Of a stretch of DNA of 45,880 nt, positions 27,064 to 38,357 are shown one piece after another; the stretch's first letter is position 1; each line of letters starts with the position of its first letter. Position numbers and translations under genes: made by a program. Source of the stretch: Clostridium sp. (GTDB lineage: Bacteria; Bacillota; Clostridia; Clostridiales; Clostridiaceae); the NCBI GenBank assembly GCA_012512905.1, contig JAAZDF010000031.1, positions 1-45,880 of the forward strand, written 5' to 3'. Below the pieces are notes generated by a model. The model saw only the letters and a program-made list of their open reading frames with translations, did no database searches and was not told the DNA's origin.

Positions 27064-28959
27064 ATGAGCAGGGATGATCGCAGTTTAGTTAGTGATTTCA
27101 ATAAATACTTATTTAACACTGGAAAACATTTTAGAAGCTATGAATTTCTAGGTGCACATTTAAAAAAAGAAAATGGTGAATTAGGAACTCAGTTTACAGT
27201 TTGGGCACCTAGGGCAAAAAAGGTTTTTGTAAGTGGGGTATTTAATAATTGGCAAGGTTATGAAATGCACACAGATGGTAAAACTGGAATTTGGACTGCA
27301 TTTATACCAGGTATCGGGGAAAATGAATTGTATAAATACAAAATCGTGGATCAAAATGGAATTGAAAGATTAAAATCAGATCCTTTTGCATTTTCTTCAG
27401 AAGAAAGACCAAATACAGCTTCAGTAGTAAAAGATATTGAGGGTTTCAATTGGACAGATAAAAAATGGATTGAAAAACAAAAAAATAAAGATTTTACAAA
27501 TTCTCCAATGAATATATATGAAGTTCACTTAGGTTCTTGGAAAAAGCATGTTGATAATAGATTTTATTCATATAAGGATCTAGTAGACACTTTAATTCCA
27601 TATGTCAAAGAAATGGGATATACACATATAGAGCTTATGCCTGTTATGGAACATCCTTTAGATGCATCATGGGGCTATCAAATAATAGGTTATTTTAGTA
27701 TCAACTCTAGATTTGGAAGTCCGAAAGATTTGATGCATTTTATTAATAAATGCCATGAAAACGATATCGGAGTTCTGCTTGATTGGGTTCCGGCTCATTT
27801 CTGTAAAGATAGTCATGGACTAATAAGCTTTGATGGAACTCCAACATTTGAGTATGAAGATCCTAATAAAGCTGAAAATATAAGATGGGGCACAATGCAT
27901 TTCGATTTTGGAAAATCACAAGTTCATAGTTTTCTAATATCAAATGCAATTTATTGGCTTGAAAAATTTCACGTTGATGGACTACGAGTAGATGCAGTCT
28001 CATCAATGATATATTTAGATTATGATGATGGTCCATGGACTCCAAATATTCATGGAGGAAATACGAACCTTGAGGCTATAGATTTTATACAAAAAATGAA
28101 TGATGTTATAAAAAAAGAAACAAAAAATAAAATAATAATGGCAGAAGAAAGCACATCTTTTCCTATGGTAACAGGAGCTACGAAAGATGGAGGCCTTGGT
28201 TTTGATTTTAAATGGAATATGGGTTGGATGAATGATATATTAAAATATATAGAGATGGGTTCAGAAGAAAGAAAGAGAAATCATAATTTACTAACATTTT
28301 CATTTATGTATGTTTTTACAGAGAAATTTATTTTACCATTTTCTCATGATGAAGTAGTTCATGGAAAAAAATCTCTTTTAAATAAAATGCCAGGTAATGA
28401 ATATGAAAAATTTAAAGGTCTTAGGCTTTTAATGACATATATGATCTGCCATCCAGGTAAAAAAATTAATTTTATGGGGAATGAAATTGCCCAGTGGTTT
28501 GAATGGAGATTTGATGAAGAGCTTGAATGGGTAGGACTTGAATATAAGGCTCATAAAGAACATCAAGATTTTATAAAAATGCTTAACAATTTTTATTTAG
28601 AAGAAAAAGCTTTGTTTGAGAACGATCATAGTTACGATGGAATAGAAATACTTGATGGCGATAATAACGCAGAAAGTATAATTACTTTTATTAGAAAAGG
28701 AAAAACGCAAAAAGATAATTTATTTATAGCCGCTAATTTTGGTTTTTTTGATAAAAATGAATTATATATTAAAGTAGATAAAAAAGGTATTTATGAAGAA
28801 GTCTTTAATACTAGCGATAAAAAATTCAATGCAAAAACATATAAGTCAGAAATTAATAAAGATAATAATGATAATTATATTTTAGTAGATGTAGAGTCTT
28901 TGTCTATTAGAATATTTAAAACTAAAAAAGTAGGAGGAGTATTATGGGAAAAGAAATGA
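27064..28959 (+). CDS. glgB: 1,4-alpha-glucan branching enzyme GlgB
   Basis: GH13 motifs [26 protein letters not shown] and [13 protein letters not shown] at 27064 after GGAGGA. The ORF-track start at 27022 has no RBS. Confidence 0.9.
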   Translation: MSRDDRSLVSDFNKYLFNTGKHFRSYEFLGAHLKKENGELGTQFTVWAPRAKKVFVSGVFNNWQGYEMHTDGKTGIWTAFIPGIGENELYKYKIVDQNGIERLKSDPFAFSSEERPNTASVVKDIEGFNWTDKKWIEKQKNKDFTNSPMNIYEVHLGSWKKHVDNRFYSYKDLVDTLIPYVKEMGYTHIELMPVMEHPLDASWGYQIIGYFSINSRFGSPKDLMHFINKCHENDIGVLLDWVPAHFCKDSHGLISFDGTPTFEYEDPNKAENIRWGTMHFDFGKSQVHSFLISNAIYWLEKFHVDGLRVDAVSSMIYLDYDDGPWTPNIHGGNTNLEAIDFIQKMNDVIKKETKNKIIMAEESTSFPMVTGATKDGGLGFDFKWNMGWMNDILKYIEMGSEERKRNHNLLTFSFMYVFTEKFILPFSHDEVVHGKKSLLNKMPGNEYEKFKGLRLLMTYMICHPGKKINFMGNEIAQWFEWRFDEELEWVGLEYKAHKEHQDFIKMLNNFYLEEKALFENDHSYDGIEILDGDNNAESIITFIRKGKTQKDNLFIAANFGFFDKNELYIKVDKKGIYEEVFNTSDKKFNAKTYKSEINKDNNDNYILVDVESLSIRIFKTKKVGGVLWEKK

Positions 28960-30086
28960 TTGCTATGATATTAGCAGGTGGACAGGGTACGAGGCTTGGA
29001 AAATTTACTAAAAATATAGCAAAGCCAGCTGTACCTTTTGGTGGAAAGTATAGAATAATAGATTTTGTTCTCTCGAATTGTGCTAATTCCGATATTAACA
29101 CTGTTGGAGTTTTAACTCAGTATCAACCTTTAATTTTAAATGAACACATGGGCATAGGTGCACCATGGGATATGGATAGGGCATTTGGAGGCTTAAGTAT
29201 ACTCCAACCATATGCAAGTGCTACAGAAGAAAAATGGTTTAGGGGAACTGCAAATGCTATATATCAGCACTTCTCATATATAGAGACTTATGATCCTGAA
29301 AATGTATTAATATTATCAGGAGATCATATTTATAAAATGGATTATGATAAAATGCTTAAATTCCATAAAGAAAAAGATGCTTCTCTAACAATAGCAGTTA
29401 TTGAAGTTCCATGGGAAGAAGCAAGCAGATTTGGAATAATGAATACAGATGAAAACTTGAAAATAGAAGAGTTTCAAGAAAAACCAGAAAAACCAATATC
29501 AAATTTGGCTTCTATGGGTATATATATTTTTAATTGGAAAAAATTAAAAGAATATATGAATGATGGAATAAATGCTGGAGAAAATATGGATGACTTTGGA
29601 AAACATGTTATCCCTAAATTTTTGAATTCAAATGAGCAAGTATATGCTTATCCTTTCAAAGGATACTGGAAAGATGTTGGAACTTTAGATTCACTTTGGG
29701 AAGCTAATATGGATCTTTTAGATCAAGAGTCTACGCTTAATATTAAAGATAAATCTTGGAGAATATATACAAAAAATCCTTCTATGCCTCCACAGCTTTT
29801 GTCAAAAACAGCAGATGTTAAAAACTCACTAATTGTTGAAGGATGTATTGTTTATGGAAAAGTTAGAAATTCAGTATTATCACCAAGAGTATATATTGGA
29901 GAAGACTCTATTGTAGAGGATTCAATTATAATGGAAGATGCAACAATAGGAAAAAATGTAATTATAAAGAAAGCTATGATAGGTTCAAACGCAGTCGTTG
30001 AAGATAACGCTATAATTGGAGATGGTGTTGAAATTGCTGTGGTTGGCGAATATGAAACTGTTAAGGAGGCACAAAATGATAAATAG
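28944..30086 (+). CDS. glgC: Glucose-1-phosphate adenylyltransferase catalytic subunit GlgC
   Basis: [10 protein letters not shown] motif, RFGIM, and a C-terminal left-handed beta-helix. GGAGGAG RBS. Overlaps the glgB stop. Confidence 0.9.
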   Translation: MGKEMIAMILAGGQGTRLGKFTKNIAKPAVPFGGKYRIIDFVLSNCANSDINTVGVLTQYQPLILNEHMGIGAPWDMDRAFGGLSILQPYASATEEKWFRGTANAIYQHFSYIETYDPENVLILSGDHIYKMDYDKMLKFHKEKDASLTIAVIEVPWEEASRFGIMNTDENLKIEEFQEKPEKPISNLASMGIYIFNWKKLKEYMNDGINAGENMDDFGKHVIPKFLNSNEQVYAYPFKGYWKDVGTLDSLWEANMDLLDQESTLNIKDKSWRIYTKNPSMPPQLLSKTADVKNSLIVEGCIVYGKVRNSVLSPRVYIGEDSIVEDSIIMEDATIGKNVIIKKAMIGSNAVVEDNAIIGDGVEIAVVGEYETVKEAQNDK

Positions 30087-31212
30087 TAAATTATTTGGTG
30101 TTATAAACTTAAGTGAAAATGATTATTATATAAGGCAACTTACATATAATAGGCCTATTGCTTCTATTCCATTTTTAGGTAGATATAGATTAATTGATTT
30201 TACTCTATCAAATCTTGTAAATGCGGGTATAAGTACCGTGGGAATGTTTTTAGATGACAGAAGTAGATCTTTGATGGATCACATAACCAGTGGTAAAGTA
30301 TGGAATTTAGATAGAAAAAATGGTGGTATATTTTGGTTTTTAAAAAATACTTCTAGTCGTAGTAATAACAATCAAAGAGGAGATTTAAATAATTATTATG
30401 ATAATTTGGATTATTTATTAAAAGCTAAAGGAGAATATGCTGTTGTTACAGGAACTTCTATGGTTTCTTCAGTGGACTATAAAGATGCCCTGGAAAATCA
30501 TATAAAAAATGAAGCTGATATATCTATAATTTATAAAACTGTAGATAGTAGTGACTCAGGATTCAAAAGATCTGATATATTACATATAGATGAAAATAAA
30601 AGAGTATTAAATATTGGGAGAAACATAAAAGAATCTATAAAAAGCAATGAAAGTAATAATATATCAATGAATATGTATATAATTAAAAAAGATTTATTAA
30701 TTGACTTAATAACAGATTCAATATCATCCGGGGAAAATATATTTTTAGCAGATGTTTTTAAAAGCGCCGTTAAAGATAATAAGGTTATCGGATATGAATA
30801 TAAAGGATTTTTAAAAAATATTAATTCAATAAAAAGCTATTATAATGCTAATATGGATATGTTAGATGAGCAAGTTTTAAGAGAAGTTTTCTTTGGAAAA
30901 AACAAAGTCAGAACAAAAGTAAAAGATGAAGTTCCAACATATTATAGTGAAAGTTCAAAAGTGGAAAATTCTTTAATCGCAAATGGATGTAATATTGAGG
31001 GAGAAGTTATTAATTCGATTTTATTTAGAAGCGTAAATGTTGCTAAAGGTAGCATAATAAAAGATTCAATAATTATGCAAAGTGGAGATATAAGAGAAAA
31101 TGTAACACTTGAAAATGTAATAACAGATAAAAAAGTTGTTATTACAAAAGGAACAAGCCTTAAAGGAGATAAAGAGAATCCTTTAGTTATCAAAAAGAAT
31201 ACTATTCTATAG
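30076..31212 (+). CDS. glgD: Glucose-1-phosphate adenylyltransferase regulatory subunit GlgD
   Basis: GlgC paralogue lacking the GGxGxRL loop ([34 protein letters not shown]). ATG at 30076 after AAGGAGG. The ORF-track start at 30016 lies inside glgC. Confidence 0.85.
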   Translation: MINSKLFGVINLSENDYYIRQLTYNRPIASIPFLGRYRLIDFTLSNLVNAGISTVGMFLDDRSRSLMDHITSGKVWNLDRKNGGIFWFLKNTSSRSNNNQRGDLNNYYDNLDYLLKAKGEYAVVTGTSMVSSVDYKDALENHIKNEADISIIYKTVDSSDSGFKRSDILHIDENKRVLNIGRNIKESIKSNESNNISMNMYIIKKDLLIDLITDSISSGENIFLADVFKSAVKDNKVIGYEYKGFLKNINSIKSYYNANMDMLDEQVLREVFFGKNKVRTKVKDEVPTYYSESSKVENSLIANGCNIEGEVINSILFRSVNVAKGSIIKDSIIMQSGDIRENVTLENVITDKKVVITKGTSLKGDKENPLVIKKNTIL

Positions 31213-31221
31213 GAGGATTAT

Positions 31222-32646
31222 ATGAAAATATTGTTTGTTACATCAGAATGCTATCCTTTTTTAAAAACAGGTGGTCTTGCAGATGTGAGTCATGCATTAC
31301 CTAAAGCTCTTAAAAAAGAAGGTGTAGATATAAGGGTTATAATGCCTAATTATGGAACTATAGATGAGAAATATAGAAATGAAATGACAAATGTTGCAAG
31401 TCTTTCAGTAAATGTTGGGTGGAGAGAGCAGTATCTAGGAATAAAACACCTTAACTATGAAGATATAGATTATTACTTTATTGACAACATGTATTATTTC
31501 TTTAGAGAATCACCTTATGGATATCATGATGATGGCGAGAGATTTGCATATTTTTCTCAGGCTGTAATTAAAGCTATAGAAAAAATAAATTTTATTCCTG
31601 ATGTAATACATTGTAATGACTGGCATACAGCAACTATTCCTGTTTTACTTAAAGAAAAATATGATAATAAAAAGTTTGATGATATAAAAACTGTACTTAC
31701 TATACATAATTTAAAATTCCAAGGGGTTTTTCCATATCATATACTTGGAGAAGTATTTGGATTAAGCTATGATTTATTAGATGATGAAGGTTTTGAGTTT
31801 CATGGGAATGCTAACTTTTTAAAAGGTGGGATTAATTACGCTGATAAGGTTACAACAGTTAGTCCAACATATCTTAAAGAAATTCAAAGTGAATATTTCG
31901 GAGAAGGACTTGATGGTCTTTTATATAGGGTAAGGTATAAATCTGAAGGGATACTTAACGGAATTGACTATGAGTTAAATAATCCAAAAACTGATAAAAG
32001 AATTAATCAAATATATCATGCAAATTATTTAAAAGGTAAAGAAGATAATAAAACTTATTTACAAAAGAAACTTGGATTAACTGTAGATAAGGATATACCA
32101 ATGTATTCTATAATTACAAGACTTACAGATCAAAAAGGTATAAATATACTTTCTGAAATATTAGATGAGTTTTTAAACAAAGATGTACAATTAGTAGTAT
32201 TAGGAACTGGAGATATTTGGTATGAAGATATGTTTAGACATTTTGAAAATAAGTATAAAGGAAAAGTTTCTAGTAACATTTTATATGATGATAAATTAGC
32301 ACAAGAAATTTATGCAGGTTCAGACTTCTTCCTTATGCCTTCACTATTTGAGCCTTGCGGGCTGTCACAAATGATTTCTCTTAGGTATGGAACTATTCCT
32401 ATAGTTCGAGAAACAGGAGGCCTTAAGGACACTATAGAGCCTTATAACAAGTACACAAGTGAAGGGTTAGGAATAACTTTTGGTAATTACAGTAGTAGAG
32501 AGTTATTGGATGCTATAGAGAAGAGTTTAGAACTTTATCAAAATACTGAAGAATTTAAAAAAATTAAAGTACGAGCAATGAAAAAGGATTATAGCTGGGA
32601 AAAGTCAGCTAAACAATATCTAGACTTATACAAATCAATCCTTTAA
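31222..32646 (+). CDS. glgA: Glycogen synthase GlgA (ADP-glucose type, GT5)
   Basis: KTGGLADV near the N-terminus and EPCGLSQM. 474 aa. Confidence 0.9.
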   Translation: MKILFVTSECYPFLKTGGLADVSHALPKALKKEGVDIRVIMPNYGTIDEKYRNEMTNVASLSVNVGWREQYLGIKHLNYEDIDYYFIDNMYYFFRESPYGYHDDGERFAYFSQAVIKAIEKINFIPDVIHCNDWHTATIPVLLKEKYDNKKFDDIKTVLTIHNLKFQGVFPYHILGEVFGLSYDLLDDEGFEFHGNANFLKGGINYADKVTTVSPTYLKEIQSEYFGEGLDGLLYRVRYKSEGILNGIDYELNNPKTDKRINQIYHANYLKGKEDNKTYLQKKLGLTVDKDIPMYSIITRLTDQKGINILSEILDEFLNKDVQLVVLGTGDIWYEDMFRHFENKYKGKVSSNILYDDKLAQEIYAGSDFFLMPSLFEPCGLSQMISLRYGTIPIVRETGGLKDTIEPYNKYTSEGLGITFGNYSSRELLDAIEKSLELYQNTEEFKKIKVRAMKKDYSWEKSAKQYLDLYKSIL

Positions 32647-32659
32647 TTTAATATTAACT

Positions 32660-32696
32660 AAAAAACAGTTATCGATTAATTGATAACTGTTTTTTT
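32660..32696. terminator. Bidirectional intrinsic terminator between glgA and the carboxypeptidase gene
   Basis: aaaaaacagttatc ... gataactgtttttt near-perfect palindrome. Confidence 0.8.
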
Positions 32697-32706
32697 GACG
32701 AAATAT

Positions 32707-34017
32707 TTAAAAATTTCTTTTATTTAAGATTTTCTTTATCTTTCTTTTATGTTTGTTTTTGTTTCTAAGCCTTACTAGTAAAAGTATCAATGTTATAAAT
32801 ATAACCGGATAAACTATCAGTAGTTTTTGACTTTTTCCTTTTTCAGCTTCTTCGATAGATTGATCTATTTCTACAGTTTCGGTATTTCTAATTATGCTTT
32901 GATTTGAAATTAAATCTAGTTTACCAATTTCTTTCTGATTTAATAGTATCTTTGCTTCAGCAAAAACATCACCTTTTTTATATTCATCTTTTAAAAAGTC
33001 ATTTTCATTAAACTGTAAAATTGTTTGTGGCTTAGTTTTTTTATCTGTTACTATGTAAAAATCATCACTAGAGTTTAGTTTAGTTTCTGTACCATCTTTA
33101 AGGGTTAAAGTTTTGATTTCTTGATCTTTTTCATAAACCTTATATACTTCGATTTCATTAAATACCCAGTCAAAAAGCTGCCTAGTTTCAATCCATAGAT
33201 CTTCTCTTTTTTTTGTATTCATTAGAGTTACTATATATCTTTTACCATCTTTTTCTGCCAAGGCAGTCTGACTAGAATTTGCATCAGGTGTCCAGCCTGT
33301 TTTGGCCAAAACAATAGGTTCATAAAAATGCTTACTATTTTTAAGCATTAAAGCATTTTTATTTGCTACCCATCTATTTTCTTCTGTAGTTTTATTAGTT
33401 AATGGAAGCATATAACTATAAGTATGGCATATATTTGATATATTGTTATGTTTATATAACTCTTTTATCATAAGGCTTAAATCATAGGGTGTTGTATAGT
33501 GATTATCCTCTGTAAGTCCTGAAGGATTAACAAAATGTGTATTCAGGGCACCAAGTTCAATTGCTCTTTTATTCATGAGTTTGCTAAACTCTTCCTTACT
33601 ACCAGATATTGTCTCGGCAAGAATTTCTGCCGCATCATTAGCTGAGTGTATGAGAAGAGAGTATAAAAGATCTTCTACGAGGATTTCTTCTCCTTCTAAA
33701 AATCCCATTGAGCTCCCATCAGCTAAAGGAGGCTTATCAGATACAAGGGCTATATCATCAAGTTTGAGATTTTCAACAGTAAGAAGTGCAGTCATAACTT
33801 TTGTAGTTGAAGCAGGCATTAATTTTTTATGCTCGTTTTTTCCATAAATAATCTGACCTGTATCAAAATCTATAACAATAGCACCCTCAGATGTTAAATC
33901 TGGAGCCTCTGTATCTAAAATAACAACATTAGCAAATACTATATTAGATTTAAATAATATAAGTACAATTAGGACTAAAAAAGATTTATTTATATAATTT
34001 AACTGTTTTTTGTTCAT
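32707..34017 (-). CDS. D-alanyl-D-alanine carboxypeptidase (S11, PBP5/DacB-like) with C-terminal membrane anchor
   Basis: SxxK ASTTK, SxN HSANDAA, KTG AKTGWT. N-terminal signal and C-terminal TM plus a basic tail. ATG at 34017 follows GAGGTGA. The ORF-track start at 34026 is a GTG inside that RBS. Confidence 0.85.
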   Translation of the reverse strand: MNKKQLNYINKSFLVLIVLILFKSNIVFANVVILDTEAPDLTSEGAIVIDFDTGQIIYGKNEHKKLMPASTTKVMTALLTVENLKLDDIALVSDKPPLADGSSMGFLEGEEILVEDLLYSLLIHSANDAAEILAETISGSKEEFSKLMNKRAIELGALNTHFVNPSGLTEDNHYTTPYDLSLMIKELYKHNNISNICHTYSYMLPLTNKTTEENRWVANKNALMLKNSKHFYEPIVLAKTGWTPDANSSQTALAEKDGKRYIVTLMNTKKREDLWIETRQLFDWVFNEIEVYKVYEKDQEIKTLTLKDGTETKLNSSDDFYIVTDKKTKPQTILQFNENDFLKDEYKKGDVFAEAKILLNQKEIGKLDLISNQSIIRNTETVEIDQSIEEAEKGKSQKLLIVYPVIFITLILLLVRLRNKNKHKRKIKKILNKRNF

Positions 34018-34133
34018 GTAATTCACCTCATTAAACGTCTATTACAATATTATATCAAATTCTTCAGATATTCAATATAAAAAAATATTTACTCCATATA
34101 ATATGAATATAAGAATAACTAAGGGGGATAAGA

Positions 34134-34715
34134 ATGAAAAAACATAAAGCTAACATTTTAATTATTGTTATATTAATTTTATTAGGGGTTGGATGCAAAG
34201 ATAATAATATTTTTGAGGATGATTTTAACGAAGTAGTAGAACAAAATACTGAAAAGATAGAAATAACTGGAGAAATAATTGTGGAAATAAAAGGGGAGGT
34301 TTCAAAACCGGGGGTGTATAAAGTTAGAGAAGGTGATAGGTTAAATGATCTTTTATTACTTGCAGGAGGAGAAACTGAAGAAGCGGATCTTAAAAATACG
34401 AACTTAGCCTTAAAAATACTAGATGGCGAGTCGTTTTATATTCCAAAAGAAGGAGAGGAAGAGACTAGACTAAATATATCAAGTGGCACAGGACATATTG
34501 GCGGAGGAAATTCAGAAAATGAGCTAATAGATTTAAATAAAGCAACAAAGGATGATCTTGTTAAGGTTCCAGGAATAGGACCACAAACTGCTGATAATAT
34601 CCTTAATTACAGGGAAGAATTTGGTAGTTTCAAGAATGTTGAAGACTTATTAAATGTAAATAGAATAGGTGAAAAAACGCTTGAAAAAATTAGAAGTTAT
34701 TTCCTGGTGAGATAA
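34134..34715 (+). CDS. comEA: ComEA-family DNA receptor (SLBB domain plus tandem helix-hairpin-helix)
   Basis: N-terminal anchor or lipobox-like LLGVGC. SLBB region (KGEVSKPGVYKVREGDRLNDLL). HhH motifs LVKVPGIGPQTADNIL and VNRIGEKTLEKI. Confidence 0.85.
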   Translation: MKKHKANILIIVILILLGVGCKDNNIFEDDFNEVVEQNTEKIEITGEIIVEIKGEVSKPGVYKVREGDRLNDLLLLAGGETEEADLKNTNLALKILDGESFYIPKEGEEETRLNISSGTGHIGGGNSENELIDLNKATKDDLVKVPGIGPQTADNILNYREEFGSFKNVEDLLNVNRIGEKTLEKIRSYFLVR

Positions 34716-34721
34716 AAAATA

Positions 34722-34763
34722 AAAAAAAGGATACTTATTTTGTAACTATAAGTATCCTTTTTA
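34722..34763. terminator. Bidirectional intrinsic terminator between comEA and gltX
   Basis: ggatacttat / ataagtatcc stem flanked by an A-run and a T-run. Confidence 0.7.
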
Positions 34764-34764
34764 T

Positions 34765-36231
34765 TTAAAGTGATTTTTTTATTAATTCTATACCACTTTC
34801 TATTCTTTCAATAGTTTCTTTTTTTCCTAAAACATCTGATGTTTCAAAAGCACCACCTGGGGTAAAAGTTTTTCCAGTAAGTGCGATTCTCATAGGCCAT
34901 AACATCTGACCATTTTTCATACCAAGTCTTTTTATTTCATCTAATACAATAGTATGGAGATTATCAAAATTCCAGTTATCTTCATTTATATCTTTAAGTA
35001 GAGGTAAAATATCTGTAAGAGCTTCCAATGATTGCTCTGGATTTGTTTTCATTCTTTTGTGAGTGTACATGTCAACAGAATAGCTAGGCAATTCGTATAA
35101 AAAGTCTAGTTGACCCTCAATATCACTAAATACATCAGTTCTAGTGTGGAGTATTTTCGCTATTTTTTTAGTATCCAAAGGTTTTTCTTTAATTTCTTTT
35201 TCTATATAAGGTTTTGCTTTTTCATGAAATTCTTCTAAAGACATCGCTTTTAGATATTCACTGTTTATCCATCTTAGCTTGTCCATATCGAATATAGCAG
35301 GAGATTTGTTTATTTTTGTGTAATCAAATTCTTTAACCAAATCTTCTAGAGAAAAAATTTCTTGAGTTGTCCCTGGACTCCATCCAAGTAAAGCGATATA
35401 ATTTACAACTGCTTCTTTTAAAAAGCCTAAATCTATTAAATCTTGATAAGAAGCATCCCCTGATCTTTTGGAAAGTTTACGCTTTGAGTCTTTCATTATT
35501 GGAGGAGCATGTACATAGGTTGGCACATCCCAATCAAAAGCATCATATAATCTATTATATTTAGGTGATGATGATAAGTACTCAGAACCTCTCACAATAT
35601 GAGTTATGTCCATTAAATAATCATCTACAACATTTGCAAAGTTATAAGTAGGATATCCATCACTTTTAATCAAAACCATGTCTTCAAGTTCAGTATTATC
35701 TACAGTTATAGTTCCATAAATAACGTCATCAAAACTTGTTTCACCTGTAGTTGGATTATTTTGTCTGATAACATAAGGCTTTCCATTTTTTAAATTCTCA
35801 TTAATTTCCTCTTCAGAAAGAGCTAAACAGTGTTTGTCATATTTGTAAGGCTTTTTTAAGGCTTCAGCATTTTCTTTTAATATATCAAGTCTTTCCTTAT
35901 CACAAAAACAGTAATAAGCCTCTTTTTTATCAAGTAAGACCTGGGCATATTTTTTATATATATCTTTTCTATCACTTTGAATATATGGACCATAATCTCC
36001 ACCAACTATAGGTCCCTCATCATATTCTAATCCTGTATCTTCAAGAGTTTTATAAATTACATCTAAAGAACCTTCTACATATCTTTCTTTATCTGTATCT
36101 TCAATTCTAAGTATAAAATCTCCATCTTCGTGTTTTGCTATTAGATAAGCATATAAAGCCGTTCTAAGGTTACCAACGTGCATATAACCAGTTGGACTTG
36201 GTGCAAATCTAGTTCTTATTCTATTTAACAT
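34765..36231 (-). CDS. gltX: Glutamate--tRNA ligase
   Basis: HIGH-type HVGNLRTAL and KMSKS-type KLSKRS. The ATG at 36231 is preceded by GAGGAGG plus 5 A. The ORF-track start 6 codons upstream overlaps that RBS. Confidence 0.9.
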   Translation of the reverse strand: MLNRIRTRFAPSPTGYMHVGNLRTALYAYLIAKHEDGDFILRIEDTDKERYVEGSLDVIYKTLEDTGLEYDEGPIVGGDYGPYIQSDRKDIYKKYAQVLLDKKEAYYCFCDKERLDILKENAEALKKPYKYDKHCLALSEEEINENLKNGKPYVIRQNNPTTGETSFDDVIYGTITVDNTELEDMVLIKSDGYPTYNFANVVDDYLMDITHIVRGSEYLSSSPKYNRLYDAFDWDVPTYVHAPPIMKDSKRKLSKRSGDASYQDLIDLGFLKEAVVNYIALLGWSPGTTQEIFSLEDLVKEFDYTKINKSPAIFDMDKLRWINSEYLKAMSLEEFHEKAKPYIEKEIKEKPLDTKKIAKILHTRTDVFSDIEGQLDFLYELPSYSVDMYTHKRMKTNPEQSLEALTDILPLLKDINEDNWNFDNLHTIVLDEIKRLGMKNGQMLWPMRIALTGKTFTPGGAFETSDVLGKKETIERIESGIELIKKSL

Positions 36232-36308
36232 TTTTTCCTCCTCAATCAAGTATAAAAGGTTTTAAACTTTTACGTTCACTATTAATTATACTATTAGAAA
36301 CTATCCTG

Positions 36309-37202
36309 TCAATTACTTAAGAGACGTATATCTCTACCATCTGTAGAAAAAACTATATTTCCATACTTTTCTGTCATTAAAATTTTCGAACCTAATTTTT
36401 CGTGTCGTTTTACAATTTCTTCATTAGGAAGATTAAATCGGTTACCCTTACCAGTAGTTATTACAGCAAACTGTGCATTAACTTGTTCTAAAAACTCTAT
36501 ACTGCTTGATGTTTTTGACCCATGATGGCCAGCTTTAAGAACAGTAGATTCTAAATTGTGATTTTTTGAAAGCACTTCTTTTTCTATTATTTCCTCTGCA
36601 TCTCCAGTAAATAAAAAAGATATATCTCCATAAGTTAGTTTCATTATGGGAGAATAATTATTAAGGTTTGTATATTCATCTTTATTTGGAGAAAACAGCT
36701 CTAGGACAATGTCATCAGCAAATGTAAATTCCAGTCCTGCTTTTGCTCTATTAATTTTAAGGTCTTTTGATTTTAATGAATTTAATAAGTTTTCATATGA
36801 TCTTGTAACAGTAGAAGCATTAGGAGAATAGAATTTACCTATATCAAATGTATCTATTACTTCACTTAAGCCTCCTAGATGATCTTCATGAGGATGGGTT
36901 AAAAAAACATAATCTAGCTTGTTAACTTTATAAGTTTTTAAATAATTAACGACAGAAGGAGCTTCTTTTGATTCACCAGCATCTATTAGTATATTTTTAT
37001 TTTTTATTTGTATAAATATTGAATCTCCTTGGCCTACATCTATGAAATGTACTTTCAAAGGATCTTTAATTGATTGAATTCTTGAAATTTCTTCAGAATC
37101 GTTAACTCCTACAATTCCATATTCTAATAAAAAATTTATAGCTACAAAACTAAATATTATAACCACAAAAAGGATAATAGGAGTGTAGCTTCTTTTTTTC
37201 AT
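36309..37202 (-). CDS. Membrane-anchored MBL-fold metallo-hydrolase, ComEC/Rec2 C-terminal-domain type (no channel domain)
   Basis: N-terminal TM (TPIILFVVIIFSFVAINFLL), VGQGDS, HPHEDHLGG (HxHxDH) and GHHGS motifs. GAGGTGA RBS. 297 aa. Confidence 0.75.
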   Translation of the reverse strand: MKKRSYTPIILFVVIIFSFVAINFLLEYGIVGVNDSEEISRIQSIKDPLKVHFIDVGQGDSIFIQIKNKNILIDAGESKEAPSVVNYLKTYKVNKLDYVFLTHPHEDHLGGLSEVIDTFDIGKFYSPNASTVTRSYENLLNSLKSKDLKINRAKAGLEFTFADDIVLELFSPNKDEYTNLNNYSPIMKLTYGDISFLFTGDAEEIIEKEVLSKNHNLESTVLKAGHHGSKTSSSIEFLEQVNAQFAVITTGKGNRFNLPNEEIVKRHEKLGSKILMTEKYGNIVFSTDGRDIRLLSN

Positions 37203-37437
37203 ATCTCACCTCTTTAAATTAATAACTTGTTATTATATTCATTTATAACTATATTGTACATATAAATAAATTCTCCATTCCTAATGAAGACTATTTATTT
37301 CAAAAAAACAATAATTTATCTAACAATAAAATTATAGCATAATTCAGACATGGGCTGTATGTAATAAGTTAAATAATAGTGTTTAGTTTGTTAAGATGAT
37401 ATAATATCTATAAATAATTTTATTATCAGGGGGTAAT

Positions 37438-38259
37438 ATGTTTACTTTAGGCAGGAAAATAGATATACATTATAAGACTAATAAAGTAATTTTAATATTT
37501 TCATTAATAATATCAATATTAGGATATTTAGTTACTAAAGATATAAAATCAGCACTTTATATAGGTGGAGGAACATTTATAAGTTGGGCATTAGCGAGAG
37601 AAATTGACCCAAAACATGAATATAGTGCATTTGTAGCAGCAGCTTTAAATACCGCGAATTTATTTTATTTCAAAGAAATTGGAATTTTAGGTTTTCTTTG
37701 GATTTTATTAACTATTAGACTAGTAAACGGAATATCAGGAGAAAAAACTTCAACTTTAGATATCATTTTAGTTTTTGCTTTAACTATGTTTATAACAATT
37801 AATAATAAAAATGGTGTATATTTTCTTCCTTTTATAATTGGTGTAATTATACTTATGAAGAATGGAATAAAAAATAAAGCTAATCTAATCTTTCTTTCTT
37901 TAGCCTTTATGATCTTTATAGTAGAAATTTTTTATTTTGAATATTTTCATATGGCAAACATTAAATTCACTAGTTTTTTTACTATTGTTTCTATTTTACT
38001 TCCTATAGCATATATTTTTATAAAAAAATATATTAGTATAGATGGCCTTTTAGATGATAAGGGTGAACTTGCTAGTAAAAAGCGAGTAAGAGATTCTCAG
38101 ACTCTTTTTGCAGCGACAATAGTAATATTAATTTTATTTTCTAATATAAGTCTAAATACTTTGATAATATATATATCAGTTATAAGCGGAATTATTATTT
38201 ATTCATTATTTTTGAGGTTATATAAAAAAATTAAAAAAGATTTAAATATAACTATTTAA
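37438..38259 (+). CDS. Polytopic membrane protein of unknown function
   Basis: GGGGGT RBS 5 nt upstream. About 7 hydrophobic segments. I recognise no family motif. Confidence 0.5.
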   Translation: MFTLGRKIDIHYKTNKVILIFSLIISILGYLVTKDIKSALYIGGGTFISWALAREIDPKHEYSAFVAAALNTANLFYFKEIGILGFLWILLTIRLVNGISGEKTSTLDIILVFALTMFITINNKNGVYFLPFIIGVIILMKNGIKNKANLIFLSLAFMIFIVEIFYFEYFHMANIKFTSFFTIVSILLPIAYIFIKKYISIDGLLDDKGELASKKRVRDSQTLFAATIVILILFSNISLNTLIIYISVISGIIIYSLFLRLYKKIKKDLNITI

Positions 38260-38357
38260 GTATATTGTTGATCAAATGTATTCTATAATATTTATATTAT
38301 TTAAAAAAAGAAGTTTTTGTTCTAATTTAAAATAAACAAGATAAAAGGAGAGACTTA

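Noticed and set aside
36232-36308. A T-box leader upstream of gltX.
   Set aside because: Only about 77 nt separate gltX from the upstream gene's stop. There is no specifier stem or T-box sequence.
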